DNA of 64,000 bases from Candidatus Latescibacterota bacterium (GTDB lineage Bacteria > Latescibacterota > UBA2968 > UBA8231). Below are positions 8,942 through 18,563 of this stretch, piece by piece. The notes beneath the pieces are model-generated. The model was not told the origin of the DNA. It ran no database searches and saw only the letters and a program-made list of their open reading frames with translations. The stretch spans positions 3,328,001-3,392,000 of the forward strand of contig OZ252098.1 of the NCBI GenBank assembly GCA_965248355.1, given 5' to 3'. Position numbers and translations under genes: made by a program. Within the stretch, counting starts at the first letter, position 1. Each line of letters opens with the position of its first letter.

Positions 8942-9703
8942 TTGAACCGATACCATCACGCCAACAGGGATCGCTGGGACCTGGCCTCCGCCGGATGGGC
9001 GGCCATGCATGACCGGCGCGGCACGTGGCGGATCGCCCATGAGCAGCCGGAGAAGGTCTTTCTGGAGCAGGAGTTGGACCTGATCGGTGATGTCGAAGGC
9101 CGGCAGGTCTGCGTTCTGGGCAGCGGCGACAATCTCGCCGTCTTCGCCTTCGCCGGAATGGGCGCGCAGGTGACCTCCGTGGACATCTCCTCCGGCCAGT
9201 TGGCGGTGGCCCGGGACCGCGCCGCCGAGCTGGGCCTCGAGGTCGAGTTCGTGGAGGCGGATGTCACCGACCTCCATGGCCTGGAAAGCGGGCGGTTCGA
9301 TCTCGTCTACACGGCAGACCACGTGGGGGTCTGGGTCTCGGACCTGAGAGGCTTCTACCGCGAGGCGCTCCGCATCCTGCGCCGCAAGGGCCTCTTTCTC
9401 ATCACCGAGTACCATCCCTTCCGACGGATCTGGAAGGACCGGGAGGACCGCCTGGAGCTCATGTGCAGCTACCATCACAGCGGTCCCCACGAGTACGATG
9501 TCGAGAACCTGCTGCAGGAGAATTTGGACGAGGCCCGGCAGTTCGAGTTCCACTGGACGGTCGCCCAGTACCTCAATGCCGTGATCGAGCAGGGCGCCGA
9601 CCTGGTCAGGTTCGACGAGATCGGCGATGAGGCGGAATCGTGGGAGCACGCCCCGCTCGAGGGATTGCCCCGGAAGCTCCTGATCGCGGGCCGGAAGCGC
9701 TGA
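8942..9703 (+). CDS. class I SAM-dependent methyltransferase
   Basis: VCVLGSGDN motif I, VDIS, FDLVYT, EYHPF. TTG start. Confidence 0.85.
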   Translation: MNRYHHANRDRWDLASAGWAAMHDRRGTWRIAHEQPEKVFLEQELDLIGDVEGRQVCVLGSGDNLAVFAFAGMGAQVTSVDISSGQLAVARDRAAELGLEVEFVEADVTDLHGLESGRFDLVYTADHVGVWVSDLRGFYREALRILRRKGLFLITEYHPFRRIWKDREDRLELMCSYHHSGPHEYDVENLLQENLDEARQFEFHWTVAQYLNAVIEQGADLVRFDEIGDEAESWEHAPLEGLPRKLLIAGRKR

Positions 9704-9709
9704 TCGCCC

Positions 9710-10429
9710 ATGGTTGGACGCCCGTGGTTCGAAACCCTCCATGAGAGCCTGTGGCTTCGCCCGGACGAGGGCGGGGAGGAGGAAGCCCATGCCCTCCGTC
9801 GAATCCTGCGGATCCGGAAGGGACAGCGCCTCCTGGATGCTCCCTGCGGCGCCGGACGCATCGCCCACCCCCTGGCGGCGCACGGAGTGAAGGTTGTCGG
9901 CATCGACCTGCGGCCAGCCTTCGTTGCCCGGGCCAAACGGCGGTTCCGCAAAGACGGCCTGCAAGCCGACCTGCGGTGCATGGATCTGCGGTCGCTCGCC
10001 TTCGAGAACGAGTTTCACGGCGTGTGCAACTGGTTCAACAGCTTCGGATATTTCTCGGACGGCGAGAACGCCGACCTGGCGAGACGGTTCGCCCGCGCCT
10101 TGCGCCCCGGGGGACGGCTCCTCATCGACCAGCTGAATCGGGAGCGAATCCTGCGCAACTTCCGTCCCGTGGACGTCAAGCACGGCGTGCGGATCCGGTC
10201 CAGGTGGGACGCGCGGGGACAGCGCCTCATCGGGCAGCGTGTGATCGCCGGAATCGCGGAAGAGGAGAGCCGGTCCTCTCAGCGCCTCTACACGCTCGCG
10301 CAGATGCGCGGCCTCCTCGCCTCGACCGGGCTCGCCGTGGAGTCCGCCTTCGGCTCGTTGAGCCGCGAGCCCTACCATCGAGGCAGCGGCCGCATGATCG
10401 TCGTCGCCCGCAAGAGCCATGGAGGCTGA
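9710..10429 (+). CDS. class I SAM-dependent methyltransferase
   Basis: LLDAPCGAGR, GIDL, FNSFGY, LRPGGRLLID. Confidence 0.88.
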   Translation: MVGRPWFETLHESLWLRPDEGGEEEAHALRRILRIRKGQRLLDAPCGAGRIAHPLAAHGVKVVGIDLRPAFVARAKRRFRKDGLQADLRCMDLRSLAFENEFHGVCNWFNSFGYFSDGENADLARRFARALRPGGRLLIDQLNRERILRNFRPVDVKHGVRIRSRWDARGQRLIGQRVIAGIAEEESRSSQRLYTLAQMRGLLASTGLAVESAFGSLSREPYHRGSGRMIVVARKSHGG

Positions 10430-10431
10430 GG

Positions 10432-11181
10432 ATGCCCGCCCCGACGGAGACACATCTGCGCCATTACCGGGAGGACGGCTGGTGCCTGATCGAGGAGCTG
10501 ATCCCGGCCGACCTGATCGAAGCCGCGCGCCGGCGGACCATGGAGCTGGCCCAGGGTCTGGCCGACTGGCCGGCGAGGCACTTCCAGGTGCTCGATCCGG
10601 GACGGTACAAGTCCGCCGCGGGCCAACCGCTGCCGGGCGGCATCCAGCAGCCGGCCAGCCAGGAGGCCGTCTTCGCCCGGATCGCCGACCATCCGCGCCT
10701 CGTGGAAGTCATGGCCGCCCTGCTGGACGGACCCGTGGAACGCTATACCGACCAGATAGGGGTCAAGCACGCGGAGGTCGCCGAGGAGCAGGGAAGCCGC
10801 AGCTATTTCCACCAGGACTCGTTCTACTGGAAGATCGCCCCCGAGCTGGGCTGCAACTGCTGGATCCCCCTGACGGAAGTCGGGGCCGGAGCCAGCGCCC
10901 TCGCGGTGATGCCGGCCAGCCACCGGGGCTGGCGGCTCGCCGGGCACGAATCGTACTACGACGATCCACCCATGGGCCGGCTGGGCGACGAGGGCTTCCA
11001 GCCATTCAAGCGCCACCGGATTCCCCCGGAGCACGTGGATTCCTCCCGCGAGAGGCTGATCCCCACCCGTCCGGGAGACGGCCTGTTCTTCACCAACTAC
11101 ACCTGGCACCGCAGCGAGCCGAACCGCAGCGGCCGGACCCGCGCCTTCTACGCCATTGCCTACCAGCGCCGCACCCGGTGA
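10432..11181 (+). CDS. phytanoyl-CoA dioxygenase (PhyH) family protein
   Basis: YREDGW, HQD, WIPL and WHRSEPN (Fe/2OG HxD..H motif); RBS GGAGG. Confidence 0.88.
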   Translation: MPAPTETHLRHYREDGWCLIEELIPADLIEAARRRTMELAQGLADWPARHFQVLDPGRYKSAAGQPLPGGIQQPASQEAVFARIADHPRLVEVMAALLDGPVERYTDQIGVKHAEVAEEQGSRSYFHQDSFYWKIAPELGCNCWIPLTEVGAGASALAVMPASHRGWRLAGHESYYDDPPMGRLGDEGFQPFKRHRIPPEHVDSSRERLIPTRPGDGLFFTNYTWHRSEPNRSGRTRAFYAIAYQRRTR

Positions 11182-11243
11182 ATCGAAGCCGGACCGGCCC
11201 CCGCCGGAATCCCCCTGTCCCCTGAACGATCGAGAAATCCAAC

Positions 11244-12119
11244 ATGCCAGATCCCGTTTCCGAGAATCGCCGCCCCTCCGAAGAGTGGGCGGACGTTCGT
11301 TCCCTGCGGATGCGGTACCTCGACTGGGGCGGCGAAGGCGCTCCCGTACTGGCGTTGCACGGGCTGGCCTCCTCCGCCCACTGGTACGACATCCTGGCTC
11401 CCAGCCTTCGTCAACGCTTCCGGATCATCGCCCCCGACCAGCGCGGGCACGGCCGCACGACCCAGGCTCCCGGCGGCTACGACTGGCCGTCGGTCGCCGC
11501 CGACGCCGTGGGGCTGCTGGACGTGCTGGGCATCGAGCAGGCCATCCTCTTCGGACACTCCTGGGGCGGCAATGTGGCCGTCGCCACGGCCGTCCACTTC
11601 CCGGAGCGGGTGCGGGCGCTGGTCCTGATCGACGGCGGATTCGTCGACCCCCGGATGATGCCCGGCGCCACCTGGGAGGACTTCAGCCGCCGGCTGGGGC
11701 CGCGCGATGTATCGGGTACGCGCGCCGAGTTCCTGGCCAGGATCGGCGGCCAGCTCGCCCTCTGCTGGAACAGCGAGGTCGAGCGCATCGTGCAGACCAT
11801 GGTCCATGACCGCGACGGACTGACCCACGACATCCTGCGGCCCGAGAACCAGGCCCAGGTCATACGCGCCATGTGGGACGACCCCGTCTCCGACGCCTGG
11901 CCGCGCCTGAGCTGCCCGACCCTGGCCGTGGCCGCCCGTCCCTCGGCGGAGGACGCCGTCACCGACTTCGACCTCATGCGTGACCGCATGATGGACCTGG
12001 CGCAACGGACCATCCCCGACGGCCGCGTCCACTGGATCCCCGACACGATCCACGACATCGGCTACCACAAGCCGGGAGAGCTGGCCGGCGTCATCGTCAA
12101 ATTCCTGGAGGCGGTGTAA
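11244..12119 (+). CDS. alpha/beta fold hydrolase
   Basis: LHG, DQRGHG, GHSWGG nucleophile elbow, C-terminal His. Confidence 0.88.
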   Translation: MPDPVSENRRPSEEWADVRSLRMRYLDWGGEGAPVLALHGLASSAHWYDILAPSLRQRFRIIAPDQRGHGRTTQAPGGYDWPSVAADAVGLLDVLGIEQAILFGHSWGGNVAVATAVHFPERVRALVLIDGGFVDPRMMPGATWEDFSRRLGPRDVSGTRAEFLARIGGQLALCWNSEVERIVQTMVHDRDGLTHDILRPENQAQVIRAMWDDPVSDAWPRLSCPTLAVAARPSAEDAVTDFDLMRDRMMDLAQRTIPDGRVHWIPDTIHDIGYHKPGELAGVIVKFLEAV

Positions 12120-12150
12120 GCCGCATCGGAGTCCCGGAGATGCGGAGGAT

Positions 12151-12258
12151 CTGCGCATACTGCGGCTGCGGGAGCAGGTCCGGCAGGAGAAGAAGAACGT
12201 GGTGACCCTGCGATCGGAGGCCGAGGTGGAGGGCTTCCTGAACTCCCTGCGAGGATGA
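12151..12258 (+). pseudogene. 3' remnant of a gene, resembling the C-terminus of FlaR/topology-modulation adenylate-kinase-like proteins
   Basis: Start-less frame LRILRLREQVRQEKKNVVTLRSEAEVEGFLNSLRG* with host-like GC3 codons in an intergenic gap. Confidence 0.35.
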
Positions 12259-12285
12259 GGAACCTCGGCGGCGCGGGCTCTCCGG

Positions 12286-13236
12286 TCAGGCCAGGGCAAA
12301 GTCCGGAGGTACGTGCAGGGACCAGACCTCGCTGTCCAGCTCCTCGCCGTAGCCGCCGGCGACCCAGATCCGGTCGCGGAAGACATAGGCCGAGTGCTCG
12401 TGGCGGTTTCCCCAGATCACCCCGGACTTCACCTCCGTCCACTCGGCGCCGTCCCGCGTGTACCAGACGTCGCCGAAGTTGCCGTCCTCCCGGTTCCAGC
12501 CGCCCAGGATCCACATGCACCCCCGGTAGACGACCACGGAGAACCACATGCGCGGCCTCCACGGCGCCGCCTCGGTGACGCAGGTCCAGCGGACGCCGTC
12601 CGCCGAGCACCACACATCGTTGCGGGGGATCGTCCTCGGGCGCCAGGCGCCGCCGCCCATGATCCAGAGCCTGCCGTCGAAGACGGCGGCCTGGGCGTGG
12701 GTGCGCTTCGGCCATTCGGCGCGCCGGGTCTCCAGCCGCCAGCTCTTCCCGTCGTCGGAGGACCAGACATCGTTCTTGAGGGTGTCGGCCGTGTCCTCGT
12801 AGAAGTTCTCGGTGCCGGCCATGATCCACATGCGGTCCCGGAACACGGCGAAGGAGGGCGAGACGCGGGGGCACCAGCGGGCGCTGGCGTTCACGAGGGT
12901 CCAGTCGGCGCCGTCGGTGGAGGACCAGACCTGGTTGCAGTTGGCGTCGCCGGGCATGCGCCGGCCGCCCATGACCCACATGCGGCCGCCGTAGGAGAAG
13001 GTGGCCGGAAGATCTCCGTACTCCCACGGGGCCTCCTCGACCATGCAGGTCCAGTCGGCGCCGTCCGGCGACTTCCACACGTCCCGGGGTCCCGCGGCCG
13101 TGGGCGAGAACCAGCCGCCCAGGATCCACAGGTGGCCGTCGTGGACGAACTCCCCCTGCGAGTCCCGGGCGCGCCATGAAGCCTGCCGGGTGACGCATTC
13201 CCAGTCGGGCCCCGGCCGCGTGCGGTGTTCCGGCAT
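12286..13236 (-). CDS. kelch-repeat beta-propeller protein
   Basis: Six repeats of (L/M)W(I/V)xGG...DVWxSxDGxxW. Confidence 0.85.
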   Translation of the reverse strand: MPEHRTRPGPDWECVTRQASWRARDSQGEFVHDGHLWILGGWFSPTAAGPRDVWKSPDGADWTCMVEEAPWEYGDLPATFSYGGRMWVMGGRRMPGDANCNQVWSSTDGADWTLVNASARWCPRVSPSFAVFRDRMWIMAGTENFYEDTADTLKNDVWSSDDGKSWRLETRRAEWPKRTHAQAAVFDGRLWIMGGGAWRPRTIPRNDVWCSADGVRWTCVTEAAPWRPRMWFSVVVYRGCMWILGGWNREDGNFGDVWYTRDGAEWTEVKSGVIWGNRHEHSAYVFRDRIWVAGGYGEELDSEVWSLHVPPDFALA

Positions 13237-13331
13237 TTTCGGCCTCTCCGTGGCTGATGGCGGGAGGGGCGCCTAGACTTGGAGATTCCCGGACCGAAAG
13301 CAAATCACGCCCTCGCGGAAGCGAATCCCCC

Positions 13332-15464
13332 ATGCGATCCAGAACGACGCTGACCCTCCTCGGTCTCCTCCTCGCCGCCGGCGCTCCGGCCCAGGAGGAC
13401 GGCCTCGTGGCCCACTACCCGTTCGACGAGGGTGAAGGCACGGTGGCCCGCGACGCCAGCGGCCACAGCCTCGACGGAGTCATCCACGGGGCCGAGCACG
13501 TGCAGCTGCCGCGGGGTTACGCCCTGCGGTTCGACGGGCAGGACGACTACGTGGAGATCCCCGACTCGGAGCGGCTGCGGCTCACCAGCGCGGCCACGGT
13601 GAGCTGCTGGGTGAACACGCCCCTCGTCGCCGATCAGGTGCTGCTGTCGAAGAACGGCTGCAGCATCCTGCGGCAGAACTACCGCCTCAGCCTCGGCCGG
13701 AGGAGCGTGATCTTCGGCATGGCCGACTGTCCCGAGCACATGAACGCCACCGGCGCCGGCGTCGGCCAGCAGACCTGGGCCCACGTGGCCGGCACCTTCG
13801 ACGGCGGAGAGATCCGGGTCTACGTGAACGGCGAGCCGTCGGGCAAGCACACCGGCGATCCCTTCGAGTCCGGCACCCTCGAGGCGCCCCTCTACATCGG
13901 GGCCTGCTTCTACGGCACCGGCCTGATCGCTCACTTCACCGGCCAGATTGACGACCTCCGGGTGTACGACCGCGCCCTGTCCGAGGCGGAGATCGCCACC
14001 CAGTACGAGGCCCACAAGGACCTGAGGATCTCGGTGCTGGACCGCATGAAGGCGCAGATCTCACCGGTGTCCGAAGAGGACACCACGCCCCCGGCCCTCG
14101 TGCTCCCCCGGCCGGCGCCGGACTCGATGGTGGACGGGGCGCCCGTCCTTTCGGCCGGGTTCCGCGAGAACGGCTCGGGCATCGATCCCGCCTCGATCCG
14201 GATCCTGCTGGACGGCGAGGACGTCACCTCCCGCGCCGAGATCACCGGTGACGGCTTCCGCTACGCCGCGCGGCAGCCCCTGGCCGACGGCATCCACCAG
14301 GTGGAGGTGACCCTCTCCGACCGGGCGGGCAACGCCGGCAACCGGCTGCGCTGGCGCTTCGGCCTCAACGTGCCTGTCCCGGTGGAGTCGGGCTTCGACG
14401 GGGGGGTCTTCCGCGTCAACGGCGAGCCCTTCTTCCCCGTCGGCATCTACTCCTCCAACGTCTCCCCCTCCAGCCACATGCCCTACCTGGCCCAGGCCGC
14501 CGAAGCCGGCATCAACAGCAAGCTCATCGGCGAAGGCACCAAAATCCTGGACGACCTGCTGCAGGTCGGAATGAAGGGGCTCGTCCAGTTCTACTACACC
14601 TCCCAGGCCCTGGGCGACGGCGACCCCGGCCCCCTCACCGACCTGGTGGAACGGGCCGGGGACCACCCCGCCAACCTGGCCTGGTGGAACGAGTACGCCA
14701 GCGAGAACCACGCGGGGCTGGCGGCCGAGACCTACGAGTTCATCCGCGAAAGGGATCCGGATCACCCCGTCACCTTCCTCCTCAACTGGGGCGGGGCCCT
14801 GGGCGACGCCTACTTCGTCTACGCCTACCCCATCCTCAACCCGCTCCTGCCCGACGACTCGATCACCTCGATGCTAGAGCTGACCCTCGACCCGGCCTTC
14901 GAGTCCGCCGAGCCCGAGGGCAAGCAGGTGTGGTTCATCTCCCAGGCCTTCGACTACCGCCTCGACAGCAACCGCGGCCAGATCGTCACCCTCGAAGGGG
15001 GTTTCCGCCCCAGCCGCGAGGAGATCCGCGCCATGAACTACCTGGCCCTGGCGCGGGGCGTGAAGGCGCTGGTGTTCTACGCGGCCGGGGGCGAGATCCC
15101 CGGCACCGAATACACCAACGACGTGGCGATCTATCCCCGGCAGTGGACGGAGGTCCTCAAGCTCTCCGGCGAGATCCGCTACCTGGCCCCAACCCTCGCC
15201 GCGGGCGCCGCGGTTCAGAGCGTGGAGCTGGAGCAGGAAGGGGAGGCCATCCACTTCACCGAGCGGCTCCACGACGGCGTTCACACCCTGATCGCCGTCA
15301 ACGTCGAGCCGGAACTCGTCCTGGCCACCTGGCGGTTCGACCGGCCCGTGCGACCCCGGGCGATGTTCGAGGACCGCGCGGCGGGGGCGGAGTCCCGCGG
15401 CTTCACCGACCTCTTCCGGCCCCTGGAGGTCCACGTCTACCAGTGGCCGGAGGCGGGGGAATGA
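13332..15464 (+). CDS. secreted LamG + Ig-like + glycoside-hydrolase-like barrel protein
   Basis: Signal peptide; LVAHYPFDEGEG...IDDLRVYDRALS (LamG); DTTPP Ig domain; NGEPFFPVGIY, NEY, PSREEIRAMNYLALARG. Confidence 0.8.
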   Translation: MRSRTTLTLLGLLLAAGAPAQEDGLVAHYPFDEGEGTVARDASGHSLDGVIHGAEHVQLPRGYALRFDGQDDYVEIPDSERLRLTSAATVSCWVNTPLVADQVLLSKNGCSILRQNYRLSLGRRSVIFGMADCPEHMNATGAGVGQQTWAHVAGTFDGGEIRVYVNGEPSGKHTGDPFESGTLEAPLYIGACFYGTGLIAHFTGQIDDLRVYDRALSEAEIATQYEAHKDLRISVLDRMKAQISPVSEEDTTPPALVLPRPAPDSMVDGAPVLSAGFRENGSGIDPASIRILLDGEDVTSRAEITGDGFRYAARQPLADGIHQVEVTLSDRAGNAGNRLRWRFGLNVPVPVESGFDGGVFRVNGEPFFPVGIYSSNVSPSSHMPYLAQAAEAGINSKLIGEGTKILDDLLQVGMKGLVQFYYTSQALGDGDPGPLTDLVERAGDHPANLAWWNEYASENHAGLAAETYEFIRERDPDHPVTFLLNWGGALGDAYFVYAYPILNPLLPDDSITSMLELTLDPAFESAEPEGKQVWFISQAFDYRLDSNRGQIVTLEGGFRPSREEIRAMNYLALARGVKALVFYAAGGEIPGTEYTNDVAIYPRQWTEVLKLSGEIRYLAPTLAAGAAVQSVELEQEGEAIHFTERLHDGVHTLIAVNVEPELVLATWRFDRPVRPRAMFEDRAAGAESRGFTDLFRPLEVHVYQWPEAGE

Positions 15465-15476
15465 CGGGAGCATTCC

Positions 15477-16232
15477 ATGTCACAGGCTGAGTCGACGCCC
15501 CAGGTGGCCATCGTCACCGGCGCCGCCCAGGGGATGGGTGCGCACATCGCCCGGACCCTGACAAAGGACGGCGCAAGCGTCGTGCTGTGTGACTTGAGCC
15601 GCGATCAGGTCGAGCGGACCGCGGCGGAGATCGACCCGGACGGGGGCCGCGCCGTGGGCTGGCGCACCGACGTGACCGACGAATCCGCCGTCGACGAGCT
15701 GGTGGCCGCCACGCTGGCGAGGTTCGGCAAGGTCGACATCCTGGTCAACAACGCCGGCGTCCTGCGCCCGACGAGGATCGAGGAGATCTCGGCGGCGGAG
15801 TGGGACCTGGTGGTGGAGGCCAATCTCAAGGGAACGTTCCTGTGCAGCCGGGCGGTCCTCGGCACGATGAAGGCGAATCGGTACGGACGCATCATCAACA
15901 TGTCGTCCTCCGCCGGCCGCAGCGTCAGCACCCTCGGCGGCGCCCACTACACCGCCGCCAAGGCCGGGGTCCTCGGCTTCACGCGGGCCCTCGCGAAGGA
16001 GATGGCGCCCTACGGCATCACGGCGAACTCGATCTGCCCCGGCCTGATCGACACGGAGATGGTCCGCGCCAACTGCCCTCCCGAGCGGCTGCAGGCCTAC
16101 GAGGACAGCTTTCCCATCGCCCGGCTCGGGACGCCCGGGGAGGTGGCGCGGCTGGTATTGTTCCTGGTGAGGGACGCCCCCTACATCACCGGGGCCGCCT
16201 TCGACATCAACGGCGGCGACTTGATGATTTAG
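15477..16232 (+). CDS. classical SDR oxidoreductase
   Basis: TGAAQGMG, NNAG, YTAAK, PGLIDT. Confidence 0.92.
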   Translation: MSQAESTPQVAIVTGAAQGMGAHIARTLTKDGASVVLCDLSRDQVERTAAEIDPDGGRAVGWRTDVTDESAVDELVAATLARFGKVDILVNNAGVLRPTRIEEISAAEWDLVVEANLKGTFLCSRAVLGTMKANRYGRIINMSSSAGRSVSTLGGAHYTAAKAGVLGFTRALAKEMAPYGITANSICPGLIDTEMVRANCPPERLQAYEDSFPIARLGTPGEVARLVLFLVRDAPYITGAAFDINGGDLMI

Positions 16233-16250
16233 GTCATTCGGGAGAGATCG

Positions 16251-17432
16251 ATGTACGAAACGATGAAGAAGCACCTCAAGGATCAACTGGCGCAGATCGA
16301 GCAGGGCGGACTGTACAAGCGGGAGCGGGTGATCGCCGGACCACAGCAGGCCGTGGTCGACGTGGCCGGCCGCCGCGTGCTGAACATGTGCGCCAACAAC
16401 TACCTGGGGCTGGCCAATCATCCGGAGATCGTCGAGGCGGCCCGGGCTGGTCTCGACGAGTGGGGCTACGGCCTGTCCTCGGTGCGCTTCATCTGCGGCA
16501 CGCAGCCGATCCACCACGAGCTCGAGTCCCGGATCGCGGAGTTCCTCGGCACCGAAGCGGCGATTCTCTACAGCTCCTGCTTCGACGCCAACGGCGGCCT
16601 CTTCGAGACCCTGCTCGGACCTGATGACGCAGTGATCAGCGACGAGCTCAACCACGCCAGCATCATCGACGGCATCCGCCTGTGCAAGGCCCGGCGGATG
16701 CGCTACCGGAACTCCGACCTGCAGGACCTGAAGGCGAAGCTGGTGGAAGCCGCGGACTGCCGGTTCCGCCTCGTCGTCACCGACGGCGTGTTCTCCATGG
16801 ACGGCATCATCGCCGACCTGAAGGGAGTGTGCGACCTGGCGGACGAGCACGGCGCCATGGTGATGATCGACGATTCACACGCCGTGGGCTTCCTGGGCGA
16901 GAACGGGCGCGGGACCCACGAGCTGTGCCAGGTCATGGGTCGCGTGGACATCATTACGGGCACCCTCGGCAAGGCGCTCGGAGGCGCCAGCGGCGGCTAC
17001 ACCAGCGGCCGGCGGGAGATCGTCGAGCTGCTGCGCCAGCGTTCGCGGCCGTACCTGTTCTCGAACACCCTGGCACCGAGCATCGTCAGTGCCTCGCTCA
17101 AGGCTCTCGAGATCATCTCGGCTTCCAGTGAGCCGCGCGACCGGCTGCACGCCAACACGAGGTACTTCAAGGCCGGCATGTCGGCCCGCGGCTTCGAGCT
17201 CAACGGCGGCGATCACCCCATCGTTCCCATCATGCTCGGCGACGCCGTGCTGGCCCAGAAGGTGGCTGCCCGCCTGCTGGAGAAGGGCGTCTTCGCCATC
17301 GGCTTCTTCCATCCCGTGGTCCCCGAGGGCAAGGCGCGCATCCGCACCCAGATCTCCGCGGCGCACACCAGGGAGGATCTGGACTTCGCGGTCCAGGCCT
17401 TTGCCGAAGTCAAGGAGGAGTTCGGGTTCTGA
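16251..17432 (+). CDS. kbl: glycine C-acetyltransferase (2-amino-3-ketobutyrate CoA ligase)
   Basis: [57 protein letters not shown]. Confidence 0.95.
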   Translation: MYETMKKHLKDQLAQIEQGGLYKRERVIAGPQQAVVDVAGRRVLNMCANNYLGLANHPEIVEAARAGLDEWGYGLSSVRFICGTQPIHHELESRIAEFLGTEAAILYSSCFDANGGLFETLLGPDDAVISDELNHASIIDGIRLCKARRMRYRNSDLQDLKAKLVEAADCRFRLVVTDGVFSMDGIIADLKGVCDLADEHGAMVMIDDSHAVGFLGENGRGTHELCQVMGRVDIITGTLGKALGGASGGYTSGRREIVELLRQRSRPYLFSNTLAPSIVSASLKALEIISASSEPRDRLHANTRYFKAGMSARGFELNGGDHPIVPIMLGDAVLAQKVAARLLEKGVFAIGFFHPVVPEGKARIRTQISAAHTREDLDFAVQAFAEVKEEFGF

Positions 17433-17477
17433 GCGGCGGACCGGTTCGTGAAGGCCAGCGTGTCGTAGGCGAGGCTT

Positions 17478-18563
17478 TCAGTCCGCGACGCCGCCGGCCT
17501 CGGCCAGGCGTCGCCGCTGCCACGGCTGGCGGCCCCCGTAGTAGTCGCCCTCGTCGAAGGAAGGGGCCGCCGTCGGCGATGACCTCCGGCCGAAGACGAC
17601 CAGGTCCACGTACCCGTCACCGGCGCGCAGCCGGTCCCTGAAGCGCGCCTCCTCGGCGAACCCGGCCTCCTCGAGCAGTTGCTTCTGGTCCGTGTCGCAG
17701 TCCGCCGCGTGGACGTGGAGGACCGCGATCCCCAGGGCCTCGGAGCGCTCCACGGCGGCGCCGAGCAGGGCCGCGGAGCGGTTCGCGAAGGCCGGCGCCA
17801 CACGGAAGCTCAGGACGGCCGTGTGTTGCTCGGCGAAGGTGTCCCGCCGCTCGGCCGTGGCCAGACCGACCAGGCGGCCGGCGGCGTTCTCCAAGGCCAG
17901 GCAGACGCCCCGCCCCCCCTCCAGCCGCCGGAAGGTCTTCAGGAAGTGGCTCTCGTAGCGGGTGTCGCGGAAGCACCGGCTAATCCAGTCCTTCACGATC
18001 CATCGCGGCTCGGGGTGGTTGTAGAGGACGGCCGCCCGGGGCAAGTCCGCCCAGGTGGCCTCGCGGACCACGGCCGGACCGCCGCCGCCGAGGTAGTCCC
18101 GGTCGAAGTCCCCGGCCTCCGGCGCGAGGTAGCGCATCCCGTCCCCGACGAAGTAGCGGAACCCGCGGCTCTCGTAGAGCAGGCCGGCATGGGGGTTGGT
18201 CGTGCACAGGTAGAGGGCGAGCCCTCCGGCCCGGGTGAAGTCCTCCACCAGTCGTCCGAGGAGGGCCGAGGCGATCCCCTTCCGCCGGTGCTCCTCCGCC
18301 GTCCGGACGAACTCGACGAGCCCGATCTCCCCGCTGTCGGCGGGGGTCCAGCAACTCATGTAGCCGGCCCGCTCGCCCTCGATCTCTCCGATGTACCAGG
18401 CCGTGCGCAGCCACGGCCGCAGCTTCCCCGCCATCACGTCGGCGGAGACGTCCCGCCACCAGCAGAGATCCTCCCCTCCGCCGGGAAAGGGGGGTTCGCA
18501 CACCCGGATGTCGAGCCTCTCCCCGGTCCCGAGCCGAACGGTCCTGCTCTCGGCCGCGCTCAT
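17478..18563 (-). CDS. tandem GNAT acetyltransferase
   Basis: VRTAEEHRRKGIA motif A, NPHAGLLYESRGF, second GNAT-like domain ending LLEEAGF. Confidence 0.75.
   Translation of the reverse strand: MSAAESRTVRLGTGERLDIRVCEPPFPGGGEDLCWWRDVSADVMAGKLRPWLRTAWYIGEIEGERAGYMSCWTPADSGEIGLVEFVRTAEEHRRKGIASALLGRLVEDFTRAGGLALYLCTTNPHAGLLYESRGFRYFVGDGMRYLAPEAGDFDRDYLGGGGPAVVREATWADLPRAAVLYNHPEPRWIVKDWISRCFRDTRYESHFLKTFRRLEGGRGVCLALENAAGRLVGLATAERRDTFAEQHTAVLSFRVAPAFANRSAALLGAAVERSEALGIAVLHVHAADCDTDQKQLLEEAGFAEEARFRDRLRAGDGYVDLVVFGRRSSPTAAPSFDEGDYYGGRQPWQRRRLAEAGGVAD

Noticed and set aside
12140..12205. Cys-rich micro-ORF MRRICAYCGCGS
   Set aside because: Poor codon usage; the overlapping frame looks more coding-like.
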